A DNA stretch of 64,000 nt, taken from an uncultured Brachyspira sp. Lineage in GTDB: Bacteria; Spirochaetota; Brachyspiria; Brachyspirales; Brachyspiraceae. Position 1 is the stretch's first letter; every line of letters starts with the position of its first letter. Under the pieces are notes generated by a model. That model had not been told where the DNA came from. It saw nothing but the letters and a program-made list of their open reading frames with translations, and did no database searches. Made by a program: the position numbers and the translations under genes. Where the stretch lies: positions 13,073 to 77,072 of the forward strand of contig NZ_CALXKQ010000011.1 in NCBI RefSeq assembly GCF_944388875.1. The letters are read 5' to 3'. Positions 1 to 9,613 of this stretch are shown here, in pieces.

Positions 1-386
1 AAATTACTAAGTACTTCATCTTTAGTTTCTGTCATATTAGCAGAATCATATTTATTAATCTTAGAAAGTACAATAGGATCCTCATATCCCATTCTTGCAA
101 TATTAAGCCATTCATTAACAGCCAAAGACATATATCCTGCTTTATATAAAGACTTGCTGTACCAATATCTTATAAACTTATCAGTAGGATTTGTATTAAG
201 AGAGTTCCTAAAACTAGCTATAGCAGCATCATAACGTTCTTGATTATAATAATGCACCCCTCTTAATAACTCTCTGTATGAGTCATAAGTTTCTGTGTTT
301 ACATAATACGGAGTTTTATCGAAAGTGTATGAAAGCGATACGGTCATTAAAAATAATACCATAACCGCTAGAAGTTTTATTCTCAT
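1..386 (-). CDS. Secreted TPR-containing protein, N-terminal part (runs off window start)
   Basis: Manual translation from ATG at 386: MRIKLLAVMVLFLMTVSLSYTFDKTPYYVNTETYDSYRELLRGVHYYNQERYDAAIASFRNSLNTNPTDKFIRYWYSKSLYKAG...; signal peptide then TPR-like helices; open to position 1; not in the ORF track. Confidence 0.75.
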   Translation of the reverse strand, partial: MRIKLLAVMVLFLMTVSLSYTFDKTPYYVNTETYDSYRELLRGVHYYNQERYDAAIASFRNSLNTNPTDKFIRYWYSKSLYKAGYMSLAVNEWLNIARMGYEDPIVLSKINKYDSANMTETKDEVLSN

Positions 387-428
387 AAATCCTCTTTTAT
401 AATATATGATATTTTTTTTGTGAACAAA

Positions 429-501
429 AGCCCGCTATCGGGATTGAACCGATGACCCTCACCTTACCATGGTGATGCTCTACCTGCTGAGCTAAGCGGG
501 C
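429..501 (-). tRNA. tRNA-Thr (GGT)
   Basis: Reverse complement GCCCGCTTAGCTCAGCAGGTAGAGCATCACCATGGTAAGGTGAGGGTCATCGGTTCAATCCCGATAGCGGGCT folds as a cloverleaf; anticodon stem TCACC/GGTGA, loop ATGGTAA, T-loop GGTTCAATCC; CCA not encoded. Confidence 0.97.
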
Positions 502-513
502 GATTTGTAAAAC

Positions 514-542
514 ATTATAAAATTACAGAATAAAAAAGTCAA
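514..542 (-). promoter_or_regulatory. sigma70 promoter for tRNA-Thr
   Basis: TTGACT (537-542), 17-nt spacer, TATAAT (514-519) on minus strand, 12 nt upstream of the tRNA. Confidence 0.8.
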
Positions 543-573
543 GCAAACATATAAATATTTTATTATGTTAACT

Positions 574-1296
574 CTATTTTATGTATCCTATAATATTTTT
601 AACATAATTTTTAGTTTCTTCAATATTAGGAATTCTTTGAAGTCTATCAACTAAAGCAGGACCTGCATTATAAGCTGATAATGACAAATCAAGTCTTCCA
701 TCATATCTGTTTAACATTTGAGATAAATATCTGCTTCCAGCCATAATATTAGTATATGGATCTTTAAGCATTTCTTTATCTGTGATGCCTAAACCAACGC
801 CAGTTTGCGGCATTATCTGCATCAAACCGACAGCACCCTTATGACTAACAGCATCGGGTACATAATTTGATTCCTGTTTTATAACTGCCTTAATCAAATT
901 TTCAGGCAAAGAATATTTTTCTGCAGCTTCCTTTATTATATCATCATATTTAGTAGGGAAATTAGCTGCAGAAGCCTTTTTATAAGCATTAAGAGCCTTA
1001 GCAAAATTATTTGTAGAATCATCATATACTCCAAATGAAATTTTACCATTAAACCCTTCGCTGTCTATCACCTTACCATTATCTAGTTTTTTATTACTGC
1101 CATTAACAATAGAACCATCTAAATCTACATTATTAACTTTATTTTTACTGCTTGCCATAGCTTCATTTAAATGTTCAGCAAAAGGCTTTACAGGAAGCTG
1201 AGTATTAATAGGAGCAAAACCAAGTTTATTAAAAGTTTCCTGAATCTCCCCTATTCTTGCTTGTATTCTTTGTACAGATTCTATCATAAATAACAT
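574..1296 (-). CDS. Lytic transglycosylase (SLT domain), last gene of the fliF operon
   Basis: Motifs VIKQESNY (catalytic Glu), GAVGLMQIMP, AYNAGP, ETKNYV. Confidence 0.9.
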   Translation of the reverse strand: MLFMIESVQRIQARIGEIQETFNKLGFAPINTQLPVKPFAEHLNEAMASSKNKVNNVDLDGSIVNGSNKKLDNGKVIDSEGFNGKISFGVYDDSTNNFAKALNAYKKASAANFPTKYDDIIKEAAEKYSLPENLIKAVIKQESNYVPDAVSHKGAVGLMQIMPQTGVGLGITDKEMLKDPYTNIMAGSRYLSQMLNRYDGRLDLSLSAYNAGPALVDRLQRIPNIEETKNYVKNIIGYIK

Positions 1297-1312
1297 CCTC
1301 TTTATTTATACT

Positions 1313-1765
1313 TTAATATTCATAAGCATCACTGGAAACATACTCTTTCTTCCATTCATCCAGTTTAGCCTGTTCTTCTTTATTCATCATTTTCTTATAT
1401 TCTAATAATTTCTTCTCTTTTAAAAGTTCAACTGCCCTTCTCTGCCTTGAAGCCTCTTGTAAAATTTCCTGTCTTTTTCTAAGTTCTATACTAATTTCTG
1501 CCATATTATCTTCATGTATCGCTATCTGTGAGTTTAAAGCATTTATATACTCACCTAAATATATACTCATAGAAAGCATTTCATCACTATTTTCCATATT
1601 ATCAACATACTTTATTCCGTCATCTATCTTTAATAAGCAGCTTTCTTTTCCATCTCTCTCTTTATTATATTCAGCAGAAACCTCAGCTACCTCAGCCTGT
1701 CTTTTCTTCTCTATATTTTTTCTAAGTTTATATAAAGGCTCAAGTTTAAAATTAAATCTCTTCAT
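1313..1765 (-). CDS. fliJ: Flagellar export protein FliJ
   Basis: MKRFNFKLEPLYKLR N-terminus, coiled coil, directly downstream of fliI. Confidence 0.9.
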   Translation of the reverse strand: MKRFNFKLEPLYKLRKNIEKKRQAEVAEVSAEYNKERDGKESCLLKIDDGIKYVDNMENSDEMLSMSIYLGEYINALNSQIAIHEDNMAEISIELRKRQEILQEASRQRRAVELLKEKKLLEYKKMMNKEEQAKLDEWKKEYVSSDAYEY

Positions 1766-1791
1766 AATATTACCAACAATTACTTATAGTT

Positions 1792-3246
1792 TTACAATAT
1801 AACATCATTATTAGCATACTCTACATTGTCGGAAATATTTACTCTGTCATCTGCTTTTTTTACATCTCCGCTGTTTACTAAATCCTCTTCTATCTCTTCC
1901 TGCGAATAGAACATAGATAGAAGAGCCTCTTTACTGTCAGCAAAACTTGAAACTTCATATACATCCTGCTGCAAATATCTGTCCATCATAGGCTTATAAT
2001 CAATAGCCCTATCAACATCAGGCATGCTTCCCTTAGCATAACCTCCAATCATTATAAGTTCTTTAGCCTCATTATAATCAGCACTCATCTTTAAAAATTC
2101 TCTAGCCGCCTTTTTATGCATATTAGAAACAATCTCAGTCATAATTCTCGATATGCTTTTATTAACATCAATAGCAGGGAAATGACCTCTGTTAGCCAAA
2201 TCTCTCGATAAAACAATATGACCGTCTAATATACCTCTTACTGTATCAGTGATAGGTTCATCCAAATCATCCCCTTCCACCAATACATTATAGAATGCTG
2301 TAATAGTTCCTTTATTAGAAGTACCTGTTCTTTCCAATAATTTAGCAAGCTCTGAAAATACGCTCGGAGTATATCCTCTGGTAGTAGGAGGTTCGCCTCT
2401 TGAAAGCCCAATCTCTCTTTGAGCCAAAGCAAAACGTGTTACAGAATCAACCATAAACATAACATTTTTGCCTTTATCTCTAAAATATTCAGCTATAGTA
2501 GTAGCAGTATAAGCAGCACGTACTCTCAGAAGCGGGGCATCATCGCTTGTGGCAACTACCAATATACTTCTCTTTAATCCCTCTTCTCCAAGATCCCTCT
2601 CTATAAAATCTCTTACCTCTCTTCTTCTCTCACCAATCAATGCTATAACATTAATATCAGCATTAGTATTTCTTGCTATCATAGATAAAAGCGTAGACTT
2701 ACCGACACCAGTACCGCTCATTATAGCCATACGCTGACCTTGTCCTACTGTAAGAAGTCCGTCAATAGCTCTCACACCAGTTTGTATATGCTTGTTTATT
2801 CTAGGTCTGTTCATAGGGTTTACAGATGAATGAGAAACAGGAACAGGGGTTTCATAAAAATTATGTCCGCCTCCAGCAAGAGGTTTGCCTCTAGCATCAA
2901 GTACTGTTCCTAATATTTCATCGCAGCACATAACTGATAAAGGCTTATCAAAAGAATATACCATGTTTCCGAAAGTTATTCCATTTACAGGTCCGTAAGT
3001 AGCCAAAAGTATATCCTGATTTCTAAAACCTATAGCCTCAGCATCAACATAGGAATTATCATTCATATATATACGGCACATATCGCCAAGTTTACAGAAA
3101 GGTCCTTCGCTGATAACCAGTGAACCTATAACCTCTTTAACTTTTCCGTAAGATTTTAACAAAGCAATATCATCTACAACTTTTCTATATTTTTCAAATG
3201 TTTTTTTTACTTCTTTATTAAAATCTACATTCTCTTCTTTTATCAT
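1792..3246 (-). CDS. fliI: Flagellar export ATPase FliI
   Basis: Walker A GTGVGKST, ALIGERRREV, DSVTRFA, GHFPAIDV; between fliH and fliJ. Confidence 0.97.
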   Translation of the reverse strand: MIKEENVDFNKEVKKTFEKYRKVVDDIALLKSYGKVKEVIGSLVISEGPFCKLGDMCRIYMNDNSYVDAEAIGFRNQDILLATYGPVNGITFGNMVYSFDKPLSVMCCDEILGTVLDARGKPLAGGGHNFYETPVPVSHSSVNPMNRPRINKHIQTGVRAIDGLLTVGQGQRMAIMSGTGVGKSTLLSMIARNTNADINVIALIGERRREVRDFIERDLGEEGLKRSILVVATSDDAPLLRVRAAYTATTIAEYFRDKGKNVMFMVDSVTRFALAQREIGLSRGEPPTTRGYTPSVFSELAKLLERTGTSNKGTITAFYNVLVEGDDLDEPITDTVRGILDGHIVLSRDLANRGHFPAIDVNKSISRIMTEIVSNMHKKAAREFLKMSADYNEAKELIMIGGYAKGSMPDVDRAIDYKPMMDRYLQQDVYEVSSFADSKEALLSMFYSQEEIEEDLVNSGDVKKADDRVNISDNVEYANNDVIL

Positions 3247-3275
3247 AAATTAAACCCTATAATAAATATTAATTA

Positions 3276-4178
3276 TTAGAAACCTTTTATAGGCTCAACT
3301 TCTTTAATTGCTGTTTCAATTTCATTTAACTGAGTATTTATTCTAGCATCAATATCGCCGAAGTCTGTTTCTATCATACATCCGCCTACATCAACATTAG
3401 GGTCTTCAAGAACTGTTACACCTTCAATTTTATCAAGCATTTGATAAAACTCATCTTTATGCCTAGCAGAAACTTCCAAATCATCAATATTAACTCTAAT
3501 AGTGATTTTTGTTCTGCCTTTAATTCTTCTTAAAGCCTCCTGAATATTCCTTATAACTATTCCTTTATCTCTTTCTGTAAGCATTTTTACAACACGCTTA
3601 GCTATAAGTACAGACACTTCAATAACCTGTGCCTCTGCTGCATCTATTATTTCATTTCTTTTATTAATAGTTTCAGCAAGTATTTTTTTCATTTTCTCTG
3701 TTAATTTAATCAAATCATTATTGCTGTCAGAAAAAGACTTTTCAAATCCTTCATCATATCCTTTAGCATAACCTTCTTTATAAGCAGCATCTTTTATAGA
3801 TTCTGATTCGCTTTGTATCTTTTCTTTTTCTGCATTGGCATTCTGTATTATTCTGGAAGCATCAACCTTAGCCTGTTCAGAAATAACATGTGCCTCATTT
3901 TGTTTAGATTTAAATATCTCAAAAGCCTGTGTCTTAGCATCTTCAATTATTCTTTCTGCCTCATCAACAGCCTTTCTTCTCATATCTCTTAAATCATCTT
4001 CCCATTGAGCTCTAAGTCCTGCAATCTCTGCTTCAATCTCTTCAATGGAAGGACCTTTATATTCTTCCTGTGCTTCCTCATAATCCAATTCTTCCTGAGA
4101 TTTATGATGCGGTACAGCAATATTTACTTTTTGAGTAAGTTCTACAATACTTTTGGATTTAAAAACCTTTTCCGGCAT
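3276..4178 (-). CDS. fliH: Flagellar assembly protein FliH
   Basis: AxxxGxxxG repeats (AYKEGYAKGYDEGFEK), GGCMIETDFGDIDARI. Confidence 0.95.
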   Translation of the reverse strand: MPEKVFKSKSIVELTQKVNIAVPHHKSQEELDYEEAQEEYKGPSIEEIEAEIAGLRAQWEDDLRDMRRKAVDEAERIIEDAKTQAFEIFKSKQNEAHVISEQAKVDASRIIQNANAEKEKIQSESESIKDAAYKEGYAKGYDEGFEKSFSDSNNDLIKLTEKMKKILAETINKRNEIIDAAEAQVIEVSVLIAKRVVKMLTERDKGIVIRNIQEALRRIKGRTKITIRVNIDDLEVSARHKDEFYQMLDKIEGVTVLEDPNVDVGGCMIETDFGDIDARINTQLNEIETAIKEVEPIKGF

Positions 4179-4220
4179 AATTAAAACTCCTAATTAATAA
4201 TCAAACATATATAGTTAACA

Positions 4221-5252
4221 TCAAACAACCATTTCATCTTCACCAGCACGGGCAACAACAATATCGCCTTGTTCTTCAAGCTTACGTATGATATTAACGA
4301 TTTTTTGCTGAGCTTCCTCAACGTCTTTAAGACGAACAGGTCCCATAAAGTCCATATCCTCTTTAAGTAATGCAGCAGCACGTTTGGACATGTTTCTATA
4401 AACTTTATCCTGAGCATCCGTATCAACACTCTTAAGTGCTTTTGCTAAGTCGCTTGAGTCAACCTCACGAAGTACTTTCTGTATAGCTCTGTCATCAAGT
4501 AAAACGATATCTTCAAATACAAACATACGTTTCTTAATCTCTTCTGCAAGTTCAGGATCATCCTCTTCCAAGCTCTCAATAATACTTTTTTCTGTGGATC
4601 TATCAACACTATTAATGATTTCTACTATAGAGTCAATACCTCCAGCAGAAGTAAAGTCTTCACTGGCAAGAGTAGAAAGTTTTCTTTCAAGTACCCTTTC
4701 AACCTCTCTTAGTACCTCAGGCGATGTTCTGTCCATTATAGCAATACGTTTAGCTACATCAGGCTGTATTTCTGTAGGCAAAGCTCCTAATATACTTGCT
4801 GCCTTTTGTGCCTCTAAATAAGCCAAAATAAGTGCTATAGTTTGAGGGTGTTCACCTTGTATGAAGTTAAGTAAGTGTGCTGGGTCTGTACGGCGTATAA
4901 AATCAAAAGGTCTAACCTGTAATGAAGATGTTAATCTGTTGATTATATCGCTTGCTTTCTGACTTCCTACAGATCTTTCAAGCAAATCTCTTGCATAATC
5001 TATACCGCCTTGAGTTATAAAATCCTGAGCTATCATCATCTCTTGGAATTCTCTGAATACTGCATCCTTATCGGCTGCTTCTATATTTTCAAGTCTAGCA
5101 ATGTCAAATGTTATTTGCTCTATTTCTTCCTCACGTAAGTGTTTGAATATTTCACTGGATGTTTCCATACCAAGTGATACTAGAAATATAGCAACTTTTT
5201 GACGTCCGCTTAAAACACGTTGCTTTTTATCTTTTTCTTTCTCTGCAGGCAT
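4221..5252 (-). CDS. fliG: Flagellar motor switch protein FliG
   Basis: LSGRQKVAIFL, EHPQTIALIL, MFVFEDI, MGPVRLKDVEEAQQKIV. Confidence 0.97.
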   Translation of the reverse strand: MPAEKEKDKKQRVLSGRQKVAIFLVSLGMETSSEIFKHLREEEIEQITFDIARLENIEAADKDAVFREFQEMMIAQDFITQGGIDYARDLLERSVGSQKASDIINRLTSSLQVRPFDFIRRTDPAHLLNFIQGEHPQTIALILAYLEAQKAASILGALPTEIQPDVAKRIAIMDRTSPEVLREVERVLERKLSTLASEDFTSAGGIDSIVEIINSVDRSTEKSIIESLEEDDPELAEEIKKRMFVFEDIVLLDDRAIQKVLREVDSSDLAKALKSVDTDAQDKVYRNMSKRAAALLKEDMDFMGPVRLKDVEEAQQKIVNIIRKLEEQGDIVVARAGEDEMVV

Positions 5253-5296
5253 AATCTTACTCCTAATTATTTTTTATTTATAACTCAATTTATATT

Positions 5297-7000
5297 TTAA
5301 CTCTTATCATCAGCCATCCAAGTACGCAACAACTGTGCTACATCTTCAGGTCTTTCATGGCTTACACGTATAACTTCGTCCATAAGTTTCTTACGTGCCG
5401 CATCTTCCAAACTCATCTCGCTTATAGGCTCTTCATTAGCATTCATCATAGCCTGTCTGCGCATTTCCATTTGTTTGCGTTCAAGCTCTTCTTCTCTAAG
5501 TCTGCGTCTTCTAGCAAGTTCTTTCTGTATAGCTCTTATTGCCAATGCCAATACAAACAATATTAGTAAAGAAATCATTGTTATTATCAAAGTTTTCTTT
5601 ATAAATCTATCACGCATAAGTTTAGCATCTTCAGCATTGAATCTGTCCCAATGGTCAAACTGAATATGTGTTACACTTACTTGGTCGCCTCTTTTCAAAT
5701 CATAGCCAATAGCAGCCTGTACCAAAGATGTAACGTTATTTATTTCTTCTGTTGTTACTGGGTGATATTCTCTTACATAACTGTTACCGTTAGTAATTAC
5801 AGGGTCCCCATTAACATCATAAACTTTTGTCCATCTTCCATCTAAAGCAACAGCAGCTGATATTTTTCCTATTTGATAACTTCCTTTTTTGATAGCTTCA
5901 TATCTTTTGCTTAATTCATAATTGTCCTGAGCATCAGTTTTTGTATATGTCTGCCATCTGTCGCTTTTATCTTTATATCCAGGAGGTACATTCTCTTCTG
6001 CTCCTGCAGCACCTTGAGGTATAAATTGCTGTCCTTTCCAGTCTTCTGTTACTGTACGGCTTGATACTTGAACCTTATTAGTAAATTGACTGTCATCATA
6101 AGGTGTTGTAGGATCATCTTCTTTTAATATTATTGGAAGAACTAAATTATTTGTTATACTAACATCATCCCAAATAAGTTCTAATGCTATTGTTGTTTCT
6201 ACTCTGTTAGTATATATTCTTCCTAATGTCTGTCTTATTTTATTTTCTATCTTTTTTCTTTCTCTGTCAACTATTTTTAACTCTTCCTGAGCAACTTTTA
6301 ATTTCAAGTTTGCAGCTTCATCTGTAAAGTCAGTTAATACATAACCAGTACTGTCTGTTATTGTAACAAACTCTGGTTTTAATTTATCAACACCCATAGC
6401 TATTAATTGCTGTAATCCTCTAACTGTTTTAGGATCTCTTAAAACATCTTCTTTGAAAGGCTGAGCCCTAATAACTACTGAAGCGGTTACTGGAGAATCT
6501 ATATCTGTTAAGTATTCCTTCTTTGGGAAGGCCAAATCAACTGTAGCTTCCTGAACAAAATCTAATTTAGTTAAAAGCTGAGTAATAGCTTTAGTTAATG
6601 ATCTTCTTTTGTTTATATCAAGTTCAACATCTGTTATACCAATACGAGGAGCATCAAATAATTCCCATCCGTCTACTCCTGTAGGCATTCTTCCCTCTTT
6701 TACTAATTCTAATTCTGCTCTAGCTTTATCATTTAAATTATTAAGAGTTATGAAGCCATTTCTGTACTGGTATTTTATGTTATTAGCATCCAAAACTGCT
6801 ATAACATTTCTGGCATCCTCTTGAGTTAAAGCATTCTGAAATAGTAATGTTCCTGTTCTTCTTGATGTCAGCATTATTGTAGCTATTATTGCACCAAGCC
6901 CTATAACTAAAACACCAATTAAAATTGCTTTTTGTAATGTTGTTGTTTTAGCAAAAATATTTTTTATTTGACTTGTCAATTTATTTATAAAGTCCTGCAT
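5297..7000 (-). CDS. fliF: Flagellar MS-ring protein FliF
   Basis: Two TM segments flanking a periplasmic ring domain (GWELFD, ASVV, SAAVALDG); C-terminal PEDVAQLLRTWM helix; upstream of fliG. Confidence 0.93.
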   Translation of the reverse strand: MQDFINKLTSQIKNIFAKTTTLQKAILIGVLVIGLGAIIATIMLTSRRTGTLLFQNALTQEDARNVIAVLDANNIKYQYRNGFITLNNLNDKARAELELVKEGRMPTGVDGWELFDAPRIGITDVELDINKRRSLTKAITQLLTKLDFVQEATVDLAFPKKEYLTDIDSPVTASVVIRAQPFKEDVLRDPKTVRGLQQLIAMGVDKLKPEFVTITDSTGYVLTDFTDEAANLKLKVAQEELKIVDRERKKIENKIRQTLGRIYTNRVETTIALELIWDDVSITNNLVLPIILKEDDPTTPYDDSQFTNKVQVSSRTVTEDWKGQQFIPQGAAGAEENVPPGYKDKSDRWQTYTKTDAQDNYELSKRYEAIKKGSYQIGKISAAVALDGRWTKVYDVNGDPVITNGNSYVREYHPVTTEEINNVTSLVQAAIGYDLKRGDQVSVTHIQFDHWDRFNAEDAKLMRDRFIKKTLIITMISLLILFVLALAIRAIQKELARRRRLREEELERKQMEMRRQAMMNANEEPISEMSLEDAARKKLMDEVIRVSHERPEDVAQLLRTWMADDKS

Positions 7001-7034
7001 TAGAATACCACCTAATAAAAGTTATCTTTAGAAT

Positions 7035-7061
7035 TTATCGGTTATAGTTATGTTTACTTTA
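7035..7061 (-). promoter_or_regulatory. Putative sigma28 (FliA) promoter upstream of fliF
   Basis: Minus strand TAAA-N15-ACCGATAA (TAAAgtaaacataactataACCGATAA) against consensus TAAA-N15-GCCGATAA. Confidence 0.65.
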
Positions 7062-7114
7062 TAAAAAAATTATGTTTATATAAAGGTTACATAATTAATT
7101 TATCTTTTTTATGA

Positions 7115-7143
7115 ATATTAGTTTACATAATTATTTTTGTCAA
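7115..7143 (-). promoter_or_regulatory. Putative sigma70 promoter upstream of fliF
   Basis: TTGACA (7138-7143), 17 nt, TAATAT (7115-7120) on minus strand. Confidence 0.6.
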
Positions 7144-7231
7144 GGAGTAAACATAATATTTTAGACTTTATTGATTGACTTTTTACATTTTTTTATTAAA
7201 TTTACTATTTTCAAGTACATGTTAGTATAGA

Positions 7232-7732
7232 CTAACATTTTTTTATGAAATTTAGAACCAAATCCAAGGCAAAGCATACACTTTTTTCTCTTACATCATC
7301 CCTATTTCCGCTGAATATATTTTTATAAGCCTTTATATAACCATCTGCTGACAAACATATCCATACCAAACCTACTGGTTTATCTTCACTTCCTCCAAAA
7401 GGTCCTGCTATACCGCTTATTGCTATTGAAATATCGCTATTCATTATTTTTCTGCTATTTTCTGACATCTCCAAAACGCATTCTTCACTAACAGCACCAT
7501 ATTTTTTTAATGTTTCTTCTCTGACATTTATGATTTTATGTTTTATTTCATTGGAATATGTTACAAAAGAACCTTCAAAACATCCTGATGAACCGCTTAC
7601 TGATGTTATTGATGCTGCAAATAGCCCTCCTGTACATGATTCTGCTGATGTTATTTTTAATCCCATTTCTATCAATAATTTTACAGTTTCATTAGATTTT
7701 TCTTTTATTTCATTGTTAATATTCATAAGCAT
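7232..7732 (-). CDS. pncC: CinA C-terminal domain protein / NMN deamidase (PncC family)
   Basis: SAESCTGG, FVTYSNEIK, GAVSEECV, SGIAGP.GG...KPVGLVW. Confidence 0.9.
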   Translation of the reverse strand: MLMNINNEIKEKSNETVKLLIEMGLKITSAESCTGGLFAASITSVSGSSGCFEGSFVTYSNEIKHKIINVREETLKKYGAVSEECVLEMSENSRKIMNSDISIAISGIAGPFGGSEDKPVGLVWICLSADGYIKAYKNIFSGNRDDVREKSVCFALDLVLNFIKKC

Positions 7733-7833
7733 TAAACTCTTTTTTATATTTTTTATATTAAAACTATATTTTTATTGCTTAGTCAAAATATATAAACCTA
7801 AAACTATATTTGTTACTGCTAATTAAATCTATT

Positions 7834-8139
7834 TTATAATACATTACTGTAAATAATCACTTTTCCAGAATCTATTATTTTTTTGAAATCATTACTTATA
7901 TTATTATAATCTATTATATCAACTCTGTAAGTCAAATTACTTTCTTCAAAATCATACTTTAAATTTTCAATTTCATTTATAGTCATTTTTCTATTTATAT
8001 CAACAGCTAAATCCAAATCAGAAAATTTTTTATTAGTATGTTTATATCTAGAACCAAAAACATAAACTTTACCATATTCTATATTATCAGATAAAATCTT
8101 ATTTATTATTTTCATATCATCATCAGGTACAGATATCAT
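7834..8139 (-). CDS. Minimal nucleotidyltransferase (MNT) antitoxin
   Basis: VFGSRY...SDLDLAV (GS-x10-DxD), VDII; ATGA overlap with the upstream HEPN gene. Confidence 0.88.
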   Translation of the reverse strand: MISVPDDDMKIINKILSDNIEYGKVYVFGSRYKHTNKKFSDLDLAVDINRKMTINEIENLKYDFEESNLTYRVDIIDYNNISNDFKKIIDSGKVIIYSNVL

Positions 8140-8552
8140 TCTTTTCTTTCCATTAAATTATTTAAAAGATATTCCGCATATTTTGGAAACTTTAATGCAT
8201 ACTCTAAAACTTCATTTGATAATTTTCCAGAGTATCTATGTGAAGTATTATTCCTCGCATTATGAAATTCTATCCATATATTTACATCGTCTATTAAAAA
8301 ATACTCTCCAGCAAGTCTGAATAATCCTTTTCTTGTAGTTTTATGAGATATATCAGCAGATACATTTTCATCAAGCCATCTGCTTATTAATTTACAGCTG
8401 TTTTCATAGGCTATTTCAAAATTTTGTATTACTCCAGATGATATAGTATCAACCAAATCGTAATTTTTGTCTGTTTTATAGCTATAGTATACATTGATAG
8501 ATTTTTCTAAAGCTGTAATTGATTTTTCTAATGATTCAATATTCAAAGACAT
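8136..8552 (-). CDS. HEPN-domain toxin (HI0074 family)
   Basis: GVIQNFEIAYE, ARNNTSHRY containing the Rx4H RNase motif. Confidence 0.88.
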   Translation of the reverse strand: MSLNIESLEKSITALEKSINVYYSYKTDKNYDLVDTISSGVIQNFEIAYENSCKLISRWLDENVSADISHKTTRKGLFRLAGEYFLIDDVNIWIEFHNARNNTSHRYSGKLSNEVLEYALKFPKYAEYLLNNLMERKE

Positions 8553-8585
8553 ATTAATCCTATTAGATTATAAAATAAAAAATAT

Positions 8586-9296
8586 TCAAGAATTACCCAA
8601 AAAGCTGCTTCCTATCCTAACCATATTTGAACCATGCTTTATAGCAAGTTCATAATCTGATGACATACCCATAGAAAGAACGGATAAAGTATTATTATAT
8701 TTTTTATTTATATCTTTATATATTATGTTAAGTTTCTCAAATTCTTCTTCAATAATAACTGTATCTTCTGTATCTTTTCCTATTGCCATTAATCCCTTTA
8801 ATGATATATTAGGCATTTTTATAATATTATTATATACATTTATATAGTCATCTAATATAAATCCGCCTTTTTGATTTTCATCGCTTATATTAAACTGAAT
8901 TAATATATCCTGTATTTTATTATTTTTTTGAGCTTCTTTATTTATATATTCTGCTATCTCAATAGAATCAACACTCTGTATCAAATCTGCATATTTTACT
9001 ATATATTTTACTTTATTGCTCTGTATGCGTCCTATAAAGTGCCATTTAACATTATCTTTTAAATTCGCAATCTCCCCTGCCCTATCTCTTAAACTCTGTG
9101 CCTTACTCTCTGCTAATGGCAAATCTATATTTAATGACAAAAATTCTTTTATAGTTTCAATGGATGAATATTTACTAACTGCTATTATATTTATATCATA
9201 GCCTATATTATACTTTTCTTTTATTTTTTTTATATTTTCATTTATTGAATTATATCTTAACAAAATCTCTTCTTTCTTCATTGAAAAACCCAACAT
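8586..9296 (-). CDS. yggS: PLP homeostasis protein YggS/PLPBP
   Basis: IAVSKY, WHFIGRIQSNKVK, KGLMAIG, LSMGMSSDYELAIKHGSNMVRIGS. Confidence 0.93.
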   Translation of the reverse strand: MLGFSMKKEEILLRYNSINENIKKIKEKYNIGYDINIIAVSKYSSIETIKEFLSLNIDLPLAESKAQSLRDRAGEIANLKDNVKWHFIGRIQSNKVKYIVKYADLIQSVDSIEIAEYINKEAQKNNKIQDILIQFNISDENQKGGFILDDYINVYNNIIKMPNISLKGLMAIGKDTEDTVIIEEEFEKLNIIYKDINKKYNNTLSVLSMGMSSDYELAIKHGSNMVRIGSSFLGNS

Positions 9297-9554
9297 AAAA
9301 ATTATAAATCTTTTATTTTTTTTTGCAATAAAATATTATACTAAAATTAATAAACATTTATAGTATTTTATTTTTATGATTTTCTTTGAAAGGTTATAGA
9401 TTTTAATTATCTACTGTAAAGATATATTTATTATAAAATCGTACCTAATACAACATATAATACATTATTTTATCATTAAATTGTAAAACATCCATTGTAT
9501 TAAGATAAAAATAAAATAATAAAGCAAAATTATAAAAATACGATTTATAATATA

Positions 9555-9583
9555 TTGAAATTTTATCTGATTCATGTTAAGTT
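9555..9583 (+). promoter_or_regulatory. Putative sigma70 promoter for the DUF327-tsaB operon
   Basis: TTGAAA, 17 nt ending TGT, TAAGTT. Confidence 0.45.
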
Positions 9584-9613
9584 AACATAATATATTTTAA
9601 GTTAACATAACTT

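Noticed and set aside
429-501. tRNA-Thr as an integration site for a mobile element
   Set aside because: No integrase, no duplicated tRNA 3' end elsewhere in the window, and flanks are core genes
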